A stretch of 64,000 nt of DNA, from positions 1 through 64,000 of the forward strand of contig MQRK01186600.1 in the NCBI GenBank assembly GCA_001938485.1, written 5' to 3'. A program made the translations under genes and the position numbers. The DNA comes from Girardia tigrina. Taxonomy: Eukaryota. A model generated the notes under the pieces. It was not told where the DNA came from, searched no databases, and worked only from the letters and a program-made list of their open reading frames with translations. How positions within the stretch are numbered: the stretch's first letter is position 1; each line of letters begins with the position of its first letter. Of this stretch, positions 37,758-49,270 are shown in pieces.

Positions 37758-38438
37758 CAGGGTGCCCAGTAGAAATCCAAAGGATTTTATGAAACCAAAG
37801 TGAATTTATTTAGTTATTTTTTGATTTTATTTATGTAAATATAAATTTGTTTGCTTTCATCAAGTGGTGCTCGAGTCAAAAGAACAAAAAACTCTGAATA
37901 AAAAAATAACATTTGTTTTAAAAGGTTGTTGGTTACAACACAAATTCGATTTTTGATGAAATAAAGAGTAAATGTCCATCTTCTAATTTTTTTTATCTTT
38001 GCGTTTAAATTTTTCATGCGGTGCCGGGTAACCACATCACTCCGCGACATAGCGAACCGGTCCAACTGAGTTTGGTACTGTTATGTGGAACTTGATGGTG
38101 CATTGCTGGCCGACGTGAACTGGCCAGTCGGACCGACCGACGTCGAGTGAACGGAACAATTGTACGGCCCGCTGTTTCGGGTTTCATTGTTCCAAGGAGG
38201 CTGTCACGAATCGGTCACATGACCGTCACACAACGACGAGCCGGCCAGTGTCTGCTGCACTCAACCGGTACACAGCCATTGCCTGGTCGCTGCGCCGAGC
38301 TATTTTGGTACTAACTTCCCGCACATTAAAGGGATGTCGGTCGCCACAGCTGGATCCGGTTGCCAGCATCTCAATCGCGTATTTTATTAAATACACTTTG
38401 GTTTTACAAAATCCTTTGGTTTTCCACTGGGCACCCTG
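37758..38438. mobile_element. Non-autonomous Tc1/mariner-type element carrying a GC-rich captured coding fragment
   Basis: About 50-bp TIR CAGGGTGCCCAGTrGAAAwCCAAAGGATTTT..AAACCAAAGTG; interior 38015-38380 homologous to 44572-44920. Confidence 0.85.
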
Positions 38439-38737
38439 TAGTTTATTATCGCATTTTTAATATTATTAATATCGATACTTTCATCAATGAAAAATAGCAA
38501 ATGTCTGGTTTACTAATCAAAACATTAATCTTTGGCCTTGGCCAGTCATCTCGCTTCATATAGCCGTTGAGAATATTTAGGGTGAAATCTGTTATCAGAC
38601 AAGTGTCTTTGAGTATCAAGCTACTACCAATAATCATCTGTGTTAAGAATTAAGATATGTTATTAAAATTTTTGAAATAATAAAAAACAAAATATAATAA
38701 TTAAAATCAAGAACGCCATTAAAATCAAATTTTATTG

Positions 38738-38779
38738 TCGCAATATATTTCGGTGGATTTTCCACCATCTTCAGGTTGA
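38738..38779 (-). ncRNA. Minimal hammerhead ribozyme in a Penelope terminal fragment (38700-38965)
   Basis: CUGAAGA-U-GGUGGA-AAA-UCCACC-GAAA-UAUA-UU; stem I decayed; adjacent WERVTSEALLIKSLNPSINVQ. Confidence 0.75.
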
Positions 38780-38997
38780 ATTAACAACAATTTCGCTGTC
38801 TTATATATAGCAAATTGATGATTACGCAAACATCTTACGTAATAACTAATTAAATATTTTCAACAAATTGGAAGAGAGACTTGTTTGTACATTAATGGAC
38901 GGATTAAGTGATTTAATCAATAATGCCTCAGAAGTAACTCTTTCCCAATAATTTTTAAAATTACTTTTTTTGTTAATAATTTCGATTTTAATTTTAG

Positions 38998-39700
38998 ATG
39001 TCTAAACGTGATTTTAGCAACATTTACTTCTAGGAGTTCAAGCTAGGACGTAATGCAGCTTAAACCACTCGTAAAATCAATGAAGTTTGGGGCAACGAAT
39101 GCACGGTGCAGCGCTGGTGTCAAAAGTTTCACTCTGGCAAACCAGCCTGGAAGATGAGAATCATGGCAGCCGCCCATCGACGATTGACAACGACGAATTG
39201 AAGGAGCTGGTGGAAGCCGATTCTCACACAACTGTTCGAGCACTCTCAGAAGAGCTTAACGTTGATCCCTCCACCGTTGTTTGGCACTTGAAGTAAATTA
39301 GAAAGTCAAAAAAGTTCGATAAATGGGTGCCTCACAAATTGAACGAAAGTTAAAAAAATCGTCGTTTTGAGGTGTCTTCCGCGCTTCTTCTGCGAAACAA
39401 GAACGACATGTTTCTCGATCGAATTATGACGTGTGATAAGAAGTAGATTCTCTACGACAATTGGCGACGACAAATGCTCCTCACCACTTTCCAAAACCGA
39501 AACTCCCCCAAAAGAAGGTTATTGTGACTGTTTGGTTGTCTGCAGCCGGTCTCATCCATCACAGCTTTCTGAATACGGGTGAAACGATTACCATAGAAAA
39601 GTACTGCCAAAAAATTGACAAAATACATCACGAGCTCCGACGTATGTGCCCGAGATTGGTCAAAATAAAGGAGCCAATTCTCTTCCACAAGAATAGACAC
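38998..39700 (+). mobile_element. mariner (Hsmar1/SETMAR-like) transposase pseudogene, 3'-truncated
   Basis: EFKLGRNAA, TVQRW, KWVPHKL, RIMTCDKK, KKVIVTVW. Confidence 0.92.
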
Positions 39701-40345
39701 ATCCCCTCATTTGCAGCTTATAACTCTGCTAGGTTGATGTGAGAAGCATCATCTTCCTTTCGCAACCACAAGGCGTCTGCCACTAACTACTCTCCTATCT
39801 CAACATCTATACAAATTGCGATTGAATTTGAGTCACACAATATTCGAAACAAACTACAATTGGGCCCTTGCTATTTGCTGTTCAATAGGACCTCTGAGAC
39901 GCTTTACCAATTTCTCTGAAAACCTATACACTAGCGGTTCTTTGTTTCATTCTCTTCAAAAAACTAAATGTTGGCCGCAACCACTTGCAGACTTGGAAAT
40001 TGCAAACTATCTAACAAACCCACCAAAATAGCCTCCGGAGAGTTATATGAGCTAGCAACTCCGGTATCTTGCTTCCCCGATGTCATCGCAAATCTCGCGA
40101 ACGTCGAGTCAGAGCACTCTTCTCCAATTAATTTTTATTGGTGGATTTGTTTCGAGCCCAAAACTATTAAATACAGTTACAACGTGCTCCACCGACACCT
40201 TGTAGCTATAAGCTATGAGGCTGTCATATAAATAAATAGTATAAATCTGTTGCCCTCACCAGTTGTGGATCCGTCTTGAGTAAGTGGTCCATAATGTACC
40301 ACATTTGGATCAACAATTAACCCGTAATATTTCGGCCCCTCAACA
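39700..40345 (-). mobile_element. Gypsy RT-RNase H relic
   Basis: LLKTDPQLVRATD, FGLETNPP, KWLRPTFSFLKR, LCDSNSIAI, WLRKEDDASHINLAEL. Confidence 0.8.
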
Positions 40346-40751
40346 AATGGAGACGAGTTACGGTTATTATCCTTTTAACTAATAATTTTTTAACTCTGTA
40401 CTTTTTTAGATTTGAATTTATATGCAGTAAGTTTATTTCTATTTTAAAACATCTCTTTGCAAAACATATTTCTAGAATCAAATAAAGCGAAGCAAAGTTA
40501 ACTGATTTTTTTATATTGACGTGACTGCTAGAATCTGGGGCTTCCACATTTTAACCTTAGATTAATTAGTTTTGAAAACGAAAAAACAGTTCCATTTTCA
40601 TGAAGGGTTTCATATTGATCCACATCAAATCGCATTTCAATCAAAAACTGTAGTGACCCAGTCACATATATATATATTATTATTATATAATAATTTTATA
40701 TATATAAATATATAAATAAATAAATCAATAACAATAAAGATTAATAATTAC

Positions 40752-41090
40752 TTATCCTCGCGATCAAAACATCAAACGAGAAATAATTAGCAATTCCAGT
40801 CCAGGCCACCGAATTAAGATACTTTAACTGCGATTTTAACAAGAGAGAATATGTCTGGATCGTTTATCAATTTTCCCATCTCATTTTCCAGAGGATACTA
40901 TTAAATTTAACCACAAAAATCTTATTTAATTCGATTTCAATCCAAATTCCTCAAATTCAACGATATCTCTCGAGCTCGATTGATCTTTCTTATTCTTGTG
41001 AGTATTGGGAATTTTCTAAGATCGTCCCTTTGAAACATTTGAACGACAAACACAAATCTAAATCGAGATTAAATCGGGCTGTTCTCTCTC
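40752..41090 (-). pseudogene. Protocadherin-like repeat relic
   Basis: In the expected order across frames: ENSP, FKGTILENS, RDI..EFGL, YPL..DIFSLVK, LFLV*CFDREDK. Confidence 0.45.
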
Positions 41091-41897
41091 TTATGTGATT
41101 TTTTTTGTTAAATATATTTACATATATTGTGTAAAATTAAACGTTTTATACATATTTATCTTTATTTTTTTTGTTACGTTAAAAGAGTTCACTGAAACAC
41201 GTTTTCAGTTAGCTCTTGTACAAAAACTATTCAGAAAATTGTAAAATTTGGTATTTTTCTTATAATTCGGTCGGACATCAGTTAAAAGTTTGAAATTCTA
41301 TTTTTCTACTTTTTTATTTTTATATTTTATTACTTTAATATTTTAATATTTTATATTTATTTATTTTTATATTTATATTTAATAAAAAGTGAAAAAAATA
41401 TATTCTTTTTTAAGTATTTAAAAATGATGCTAATGGTTTGGAAAATTATACTAATGACATAGAAAGTGATGTTTCAATAATGAGAATAATATATTTCTCC
41501 AAAGATGTGAGAATGGATTTTTAGGTTTTTTATTTATTTAAACTTGTTTTTATAACTACTTGCTCATTTTACAGGAATGAATAATGCTTCCTCCTAGGGA
41601 CACGTTTGATGACTCCTTCAATAATGAATACTTTCCTTTCTTTTTAGCTTTTTTACACTTTTTCAATCTTTTAGTAATAAAAATTTCCGTTTTCTCATCA
41701 CATTTGTCAAGTTTAAGTTAAAACAAGAAAATATAATGAATGATAAAAAAGTTTTTATTTCTATAATTTTACATTTATTTCATTAAAATATCTCAAACTA
41801 TAAAACGCGTTTGTATTCGTAAAGTGTAAATTATATTAAAAATAGAATAAGAAAAATAAATTTATTAGAAATAAAAATGATCTCATAAAACAAATTG

Positions 41898-42402
41898 TAT
41901 TTCGTAAAAAGCAAAACATTCGATTACCAACGAAAATAAATCAGTTAATCAAAGATATTAGAATCAAGTCGACCATGAATAATTTACGAGATGCTTCCAC
42001 ACGCTCGTACCCCATGACACTCACCTTTGATTGCCAAAGTTCCGCTTGACTCGCTCGATCATTCGATCGGAAAATGCTCAAAGAATTACTATCGATTTGT
42101 TTTTCCAAATAAAATTAGAATTATTTATTTCATTTAATTTGTTTTTACTTAATTTCAAGTACAAAATGATACACAACAAATATTGATCCGATCAAACTTC
42201 AATGATGAAACATTGTTGATCAGATCGTATTTATCGAAATACGTTCGAAATATGTAATAATAAAGAGAGATCGAATATAACGCGAATTCGTCAAATATTC
42301 CTTCGGTCCTCGAGGATCTGTTATTTCCTCAATTAATTATGATAATATTACTTATAGTAGTTCAATTATATTCTCTAAAATATAAATAATTAAAAATAAT
42401 AA
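41898..42402. repeat. About 505-bp direct duplication, copy 2
   Basis: Near-identical to 24825-25328. Confidence 0.9.
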
Positions 42403-42749
42403 ATATGCGATTTATCATTCGAATACAAAAACATTTTCTTCCTTCTCTTCATTTTGTATAAAAAGAATAAAGTTTCAAATCATTTAGAAGACACAAATTA
42501 ATCTGTAAAACCTTTTCTTCTGTTTATTCAAGACATCATTATTCTTTGAAAACATTATTCTTGCAAAAGGTGATCTTCTACAAAACTTATTTTAAGTTCT
42601 TTTTTTCGAAAAATTTAGTTATCGGATTTGGTTATATATATATATATACTTATGCCTAGTGAACAATAATTTGATATTTTTTGAATAGATATTTGTGATA
42701 TGAATAGTAAATTGAAACAGATTGAGTATTGAGTAATGACTGTGATAAC

Positions 42750-43600
42750 TATACAGCAGATTACAGAACTGAGGAAACAACGAGGCTCCTCAGGCGCCAC
42801 TCAAATAGGAAAAACCATCATATGTCACCAATACATCGGTCGTTCTTAGGAATATTATATGAGGAATCGGTAATTGCGGCCTCCAATGAACCGGCGACCC
42901 ATTGGTTCACACTGTCTATCTGACTTATGTGTCCACTTAAGTGCTGTCTGATGCGCAAGGTGCGAAAAAAGCCAGGGATATCTCTGGTCGAAGCACAAAA
43001 AGACCCAATCACTGGTCCCAGGGAGCGACATCTATGGAATGAACTAACAGAACATATAGACAACAGTGATTCAAAAACATTACAAAGCCAAAGGCTAATA
43101 AGATACACGTTGTACAATGTTCAATGTGATTGCATACGTGGAAATGGGTGCAATCATGTATCAGCAGAGTACAACACCGGCTACCAATGATCTGTACAAC
43201 TGGTCCCAGGGAGCGACCTCTATACGGATCCGATACACGAAAGGTGGGTTGGATGCTATAGGAACGGGAGTGCAGTGAGATAGCCGGGATATAAATAATG
43301 GACGAATGAATCGGTGAAGTGTAAGTCCGCCAGGTGAGCTGATGAATCTATAAAAATGGGTCCGTCAGCCAACCAAAAATGGGTGACCTACTAACTCTTG
43401 AAGGCCCGAAAGGGCGGTGTATGTGGTAGTGTGGTACGGTGTGTAATGAAGTGTGTGTGTGGCGGTGTGGTGCCTGTGTGGCGTGCGGAAACGATCACTT
43501 AATTGATAAGTGCGGGGGAGGCCACTAGTGAAAGAACCCCTTTGGAAACCAGGGTCGGTGCAGATGACTCCGATGCAGAAATGCAAATGACGATGATGTA
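42750..43600 (+). mobile_element. Probable non-LTR retrotransposon 3' end with structured GC/GT-rich tail
   Basis: Decayed CCHC-like HCLSDLCVHL..C..LW; 19-bp repeat ACTGGTCCCAGGGAGCGAC at 43011 and 43199; GCCC-GAAA-GGGC hairpin. Confidence 0.4.
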
Positions 43601-43760
43601 TGCGGCGAATTTAGTTCTGTAGAGAAAGGGTACATTTGCCCACAGATCAAAAAGCCAAAGATACATGACTTTATACAGCATTTTAAAGTTACTGTGAACA
43701 GAAATACAAAAAATATCATGAACTGGACAATTTTAGAAAATGTTTCAACAATAACATATA

Positions 43761-43963
43761 TCGAGATTTTCTGTAAATAAGCGCATGTTCTTGTATTTAA
43801 TTTTTATGTTTTTATTTGTTCTGTTTTTGTCTCTAAAAATAGGGACATGTGCTTATTTTTGGAAACTGCCATTTTTACCTCGAAACTAACCAATTAATTT
43901 TTTGATTAATTCATATGGAAGCAAAAAATCAGCGCAGGTGCGCTTATTTTCGAAAAATCTAGG
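43761..43963. mobile_element. pogo-type MITE
   Basis: TA flanks; TIR ..AGATTTT....AAATAAGCGCA. Confidence 0.6.
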
Positions 43964-44571
43964 TAGCAGAATTAGAAAATAAAAACTAACATTATGTTAA
44001 TATTCGAAAGAGTTCACACTCCAGAGATCAAAAAAGAAAATGTAGGGGATCACATTAAAATTATAAAAATTTCATATTCAGAAGGATTCAAAAGCTTTAG
44101 GAATAGTATTTGTGAAGATGTTGGGAAACTAATATAAATTTTTGAATTATATCTAAAAAAAGAAATTTCAAAAACATTTTAAAATATATCATAAATTAAA
44201 ATATAAGAAATTTACGATTAGAATAAAATAAGTTAATATATTTTTTATAATAAAAAAAGAAAATGTATTATAAAATAATTTTAATTAAAAATGGTAATTA
44301 AACTTGAAAAAAGACTTTTATAAATTAAAATCAACTTAATAAGTTTGGAATAAAATGTGTGTAAAAAAATTTAAAATAAAATAGTTTAATTGCAAATTTA
44401 AAAATCTAAGACTTTAATAATATTAGAATTAAAAAATAGGTTTTTAATTTGAAACAAATAATTTAAAATATCAACTTTAATAAGGTTTGAAGTAAATATT
44501 TTTAATTAAATAATAAGTTTAAAATCACAATACTAACTCTTAAAATTAAATGAAACATTAAGTTATTTATC

Positions 44572-44920
44572 TATTGAAGTGCTGGTGCCCGGATCGAGCT
44601 GTGGAGACCAGCACCTCTTCAATGTGCTGGAAATTGTCGTTCGGCAGGACGAATCGTCCGGTCTAGTGCTGACAAGAATTCAATTGGACCCGACCGGTCC
44701 CGATCAAAGTACCGCTAAATAACGGTCGCTCTCACGACTCAATGCGGCTTCCCGGACCGCATACCGGTCTTTGTGAACGCCAATGTCACTCAAAAAGGAG
44801 AGTGGTACGCTCGGTTCGTCGAAACGCGGCCCAAGTGCGTGGTCGGTGAGTTGTGTAAGGCGAGGGTGCATGTGATCTGACCGATTGAGGCCGCTACCAC
44901 TCAGTGCGGTTCGAATTATA
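44572..44920 (+). pseudogene. Fragment of an unassigned Cys-containing protein family
   Basis: IEVLVPGSSCGDQHLFNVLEI...CVVGELCKARVHVI*P, homologous to 38015-38380 (minus). Confidence 0.6.
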
Positions 44921-45339
44921 ATCGATCAAAATTTTAACATGACAAAAATAATTTCGAATTATCAAACATAATCATTTATCAGTAAATTATAAAATTTGAA
45001 TTTTGTCCCACATTTTATTATTTAATTAGTTCCCTTAAACAACATAAAATTGTTGATGGTTTTTATAGAACCAGATCTATCTTTAAAATTAATTATTTCA
45101 ATGTATAAATTGTTTGCGCGAGAAAAATTGAAGTGTTCCTCAGAAATTTATTTAAAAAAACTTGTTTAAAAATATTATTTTGTTGTTATTAAATAAAAGT
45201 TTTAAAAATGTCTTCTGATTTTTCAACTACGACACATCACAAACCTAACAGGATTTATAAAATATCGATAAATATCTAACAATATATATAACTATATCTA
45301 AATATCTATCGATAAATAATAATATTTAAAGTGAGTGAC

Positions 45340-45820
45340 TTCCATAACAGGTGAAATGAATAATTTAAGTGTTACGGGATTAAAAACTCGTACATTGGAG
45401 AGACAAATCGTCATCTCAAAACACGGATTAGTGAACACTCACAGTCAAGTAGATCGAGTAAGATTCTGGATCACTGCAAAGGTTGTAAAGATAGATTTTC
45501 AACATTTTCAAAAGATGAATTTTCTATTCTTCAGAAGAATTGCGATTCACATAACGAGAGGTTGTATTGTGAATCATTACTTACATGACACTATAACCCA
45601 TTGATCATTATCCGAAATGGGAAAAGTAAAGCAGCCTCCATATTGAATATCTTCAATTAATATATATAATATCAAATGAAGTAAAATAAAAAATATTATT
45701 CAATAAAATTCAACTGTAATAAAGAATTATTATTTTTGGTTTGCAAACATACTAAAATTTATCATAGTATAAAGTTGTTGAAGATGATCAAATTTGTTGA
45801 TCGAAACATGTTAAACAATA
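45340..45820 (+). mobile_element. Penelope GIY-YIG fragment and terminal repeat (different family)
   Basis: SYIGETNRHLKTRISEH..ERLYCESLL. Confidence 0.85.
45773..45815 (+). ncRNA. Hammerhead ribozyme relic (core C to U)
   Basis: UUGAAGA-U-GAUCAA-AUUUG-UUGAUC-GAAA-CAUG-UU. Confidence 0.65.
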
Positions 45821-45874
45821 ATCCTTTGAAAATTCGTTTAAGAAATATCTATTCAATATATATATATATATATA

Positions 45875-47256
45875 CAGGGGTTTACCTCTCATTTCGTAAT
45901 TGAGGAAATTTCATTTCGTAATAGAGGAAATTTCATTTCGTTATTGAGGGAACATCATTTTGTAATAAAAGAAGTTATAAAATTTCTAAAATAAAGATTG
46001 TAAAAGCGATTTTATATCCATAAAAATTATTTTACAAAATTTAAGTAAAGTTTTTGTAACATTTTAGACATCCTTAATGGCAATATCAAACGAAATGAGA
46101 AAATTAATAGTGGAGGCTTACGATTCAGCCAAATCTTTTAAATCGATTGCAGATATTTTTAATAAGCCATACACTACCGTAGCGTTGATCATTACGGTAT
46201 ATAAAGAAGAAGGCCGTTATGAGAAAAATTTAAAAGGTGGACAAAGGAAAAAAGCATTAAATTCAGACCAAACAACACTTATTAAGACATGTATTGATGA
46301 TGACTGCGGCATCACCTTAAAAGAATTAAAGCGAAAAATTACCGAAAAATATAATAAAACTGTAAGTGAAAAAACTATCGGTAAATATATTAAAGACTTC
46401 TCATACACTTTAAAAAAGTGACACTTATACCTGCGCGATGAAATAATCCGGAGGTTGTTGATCAAAGACAAAAATACGCAGAAAGTTTTTATGAAATACT
46501 CACTTAATCAGATCCGAAGAATATAATATTCATTGACGAAGTGGGTTTTAATGTGATAATGAGGAATAAGATTGGGCGCTCATTGAAAGGAACACCCGCT
46601 AGTTATATTGTGCCAGGTATGAGATCTAAGAATATTTCAGTCTGTTGTGCCATGAATAAGCATGGTATTTTAAAATATTTAGTTCAAGATAAGCCGTTTG
46701 AAAACAGAAGTTTTTGCATATTTATTAAGCAGTTATTTGAAGAATTTTTAGAGTACAACGCCTTGATAGTAATCGATAACGCATCTTTCCATAAGCATGC
46801 CAATTTCAAAGAAATTTTTAACAATTCATCAAACAAGCTTGTTTTCATTCCACTATACTCTCCGTTCTTGAATACTATCGAGAATATGTTCGCAAAGTGG
46901 AAATTACTAGTTGCAGAATCTCGTCCTAATAATGAAGAGCAATTATTGAATAGTATGAGGAATGTTGCTAGCCTAATAGGTGAGGTGAATTGCAATGATT
47001 ATTATAGCAATATGATGAAATTTTTGCCAAAATGTCTACGTTTAGAACCAATTATTGATGGAAACTAAATAAATATATTATATCAAGTGTTGTGACTTTT
47101 TTATTTTATGTTAAATTTTATGAAGTTTATAAATGAATAATTGAACTTTATTTTTGGTTTTTTTTATTACGAAATGACGTTTCTTCAATTACGAAATGAA
47201 ATTTCCTCTGTTACTAAATGCAATTTCCTCAATTACAAATGAGAGGTAAAACCCTG
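45875..47256 (+). mobile_element. Full-length IS630/Tc1-type (DD34E) transposon; transposase 46077-47068 with one frameshift and two stops
   Basis: About 95-bp TIRs with tandem 22-bp repeats, TA TSD; IFIDEVGFN, IDNASFHK, LYSPFLNTIENMF; 34 residues counted between D and E. Confidence 0.95.
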
Positions 47257-48319
47257 TATATATTTATTTTATTTTATTTTATTTATTAAAAAATAATTTT
47301 TTAAAAAATAGGAAAATAAGTAATATTTATGTTTGTCTTAATTTTTCAAATAATACTGTATAAATGAAAAAAAACATTTAAGATAATTCATTTCATCAAT
47401 GGGAAGTAAATGGGATTCATTAAACACATGGACAACGCCATTTAAATAAATATATTATCGATTTGAAAAATTATATATATATATATATATATACTTGCAA
47501 ATTAAAGAGAATCACAAAACTTTCGTGTCATTGATAAAGGTTCATTGGAAGATACACATATGGAAAATATTACTAAGTTCTTCAAAAAAATTCCAAGCAA
47601 TTCCAGCATCAATACATCGAATAAGGGAAATATAAAAATTGTATTGCAGAAGAAAAGATATTATTGTTAACAAAACATTTGTAGTTAGACCTAAAAGCCA
47701 GTATTTAGGTTGGCTTGGACAAGCATTCTTACAACTGGTAAGTCTCCGTTTAAGGTATAAGAATAAATCAAGTTCACCTTAACATTTTAAAAAACAATTT
47801 GGTAGTTTTGAAGTAATTTATTTTAAGAAAAAGATTTGGATTTTTCAAAGAGATTTTGCCCCATCATAAAACGTTTCTGCAGTACTAAAGGGATGTTTAC
47901 TAAATTTATCATCCTTTATCTCAGCTACAAAATTGCTTCCTTCCCATCCAGTTCTTAACCGGTGGAATTAAGCATCTGATTAAGTCTTACTTCAACGTCT
48001 TTACCCTCCAATATGAAATCCCTCAAATAGTTAAAAATCCATATCTGTAAAGTATTCACATTGGTAAGGTGCATATTATTTTAGACAATTTTTTACAACT
48101 TTTGGCAAAGTTTTATTTAGCTAATGAAAGAAAATTTTGAACGTTTTTTTGATTTTAGCAATATATTTCTTTTTATTTATGCTTAAGTAGAACATGTTGA
48201 ACAGGTCACAGAACTTTCATAGCATCATATGTGAAGATTTTAGGAAACTTCTTAATTTTTGAATTAAAATCTAACTAAACATTAAAAATATATCATTAAA
48301 TAAAGATAAAAACAAAAAC

Positions 48320-48950
48320 ACGCCATTTGTTAAAATTATTTTTTACGACAATTAATTTTGACGGTATAACCGTCATCGTCAGGTCTCAAGAAAGAAATGA
48401 ATTTTAAATCTGCTCATATAGGCAAGCAGCGATTGTGTCATCAATTGATTATTATGTCATCTAAATACGCTCAATAGGGTTTTCGATAGACCCGTTTGCA
48501 CATTAATCTTAGGATCTAAAGATCTGATATAAAGTGCTTCACAGGCCACCCTCTCCCAATAGTTTTTAAAACGAGAACACATAATTTTAAAATCATTTAT
48601 GTTTATGTTTTCATTCGACTTACAATCCTTTCTGTGTTCTGCAATATTACTCCCACCTACATTCCGACCATGTTCTTGGATTCTCTTACAAAAATGACGG
48701 GACGTCTCTCCAATGTATGTGGCATTACACCCATTACATGTAAATTTATATACGAGATCCGAACATAATCCAAATGGGGTTGGAGATTTATTACAAAACA
48801 CATTTTGGATTTGATATGTTTGTGATATTATTTTTAAATTAAAGGCATTATTTACGCATTTTAAAATTGAACGTTTAAATTGACCAAATCCCTCTGAATA
48901 TGGAATGCTTAAAACATATTTTAAAATTGTTGAGTCTTCTTTATCATTTA
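48320..48950 (-). mobile_element. Penelope GIY-YIG 3' fragment
   Basis: VYKFTCNGCNATYIGETSRHFCKRIQEH..EALYI..PKIN. Confidence 0.9.
48347..48385 (-). ncRNA. Hammerhead ribozyme relic (GAAA to AAAA)
   Basis: GAC-CUGACGA-U-GACGGU-UAU-ACCGUC-AAAA-UUAA-UU-GUC. Confidence 0.7.
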
Positions 48951-49114
48951 TATAAATATATAAATAAAGATAAATATGTTATATTTAAAAAAATGAATTA
49001 ATATTTAATTATAAAACTAAAAAATAGAAGTTTTTGTAAAACAATTAAAGACAATAAATATGATCTTAAGTTTACAAATCAAATTACAATATTAATAATA
49101 TTTAAAAAAGAAAA

Positions 49115-49270
49115 GCCCCGGACATAAATCCATTTGCCGGTTAGGGTTAGGGTTAGGGTTATGAGTCCATTTACATAAAGAAATATAGAAAAATATTCAA
49201 ATTAATCGGTTTTCTGCCAGGGGGTTTTGTCCTAGGGGGTTTTCGTGATGGGGATTTATGTCCTAGATCC
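49115..49270. mobile_element. Small inverted-repeat element containing (TTAGGG)3
   Basis: IR GGACATAAATCC 49120-49131 / 49252-49263; telomere-type repeats 49141-49161. Confidence 0.6.

Noticed and set aside
38015-38380. All in-frame stops in the captured fragment are TGA, suggesting TGA reassignment or selenocysteine
   Set aside because: A frame on the opposite strand also shows only TGA stops, so this is compositional; other islands contain TAA and TAG stops
45890-45970. 22-bp tandem repeats resembling a CRISPR array
   Set aside because: No spacers; mirrored at 47165-47240 as transposon TIR subrepeats; eukaryotic context
47500-48250. Coding-like decayed sequence (also 51400-51900 and 52980-53870)
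   Set aside because: No motif I could assign; probably old transposon debris
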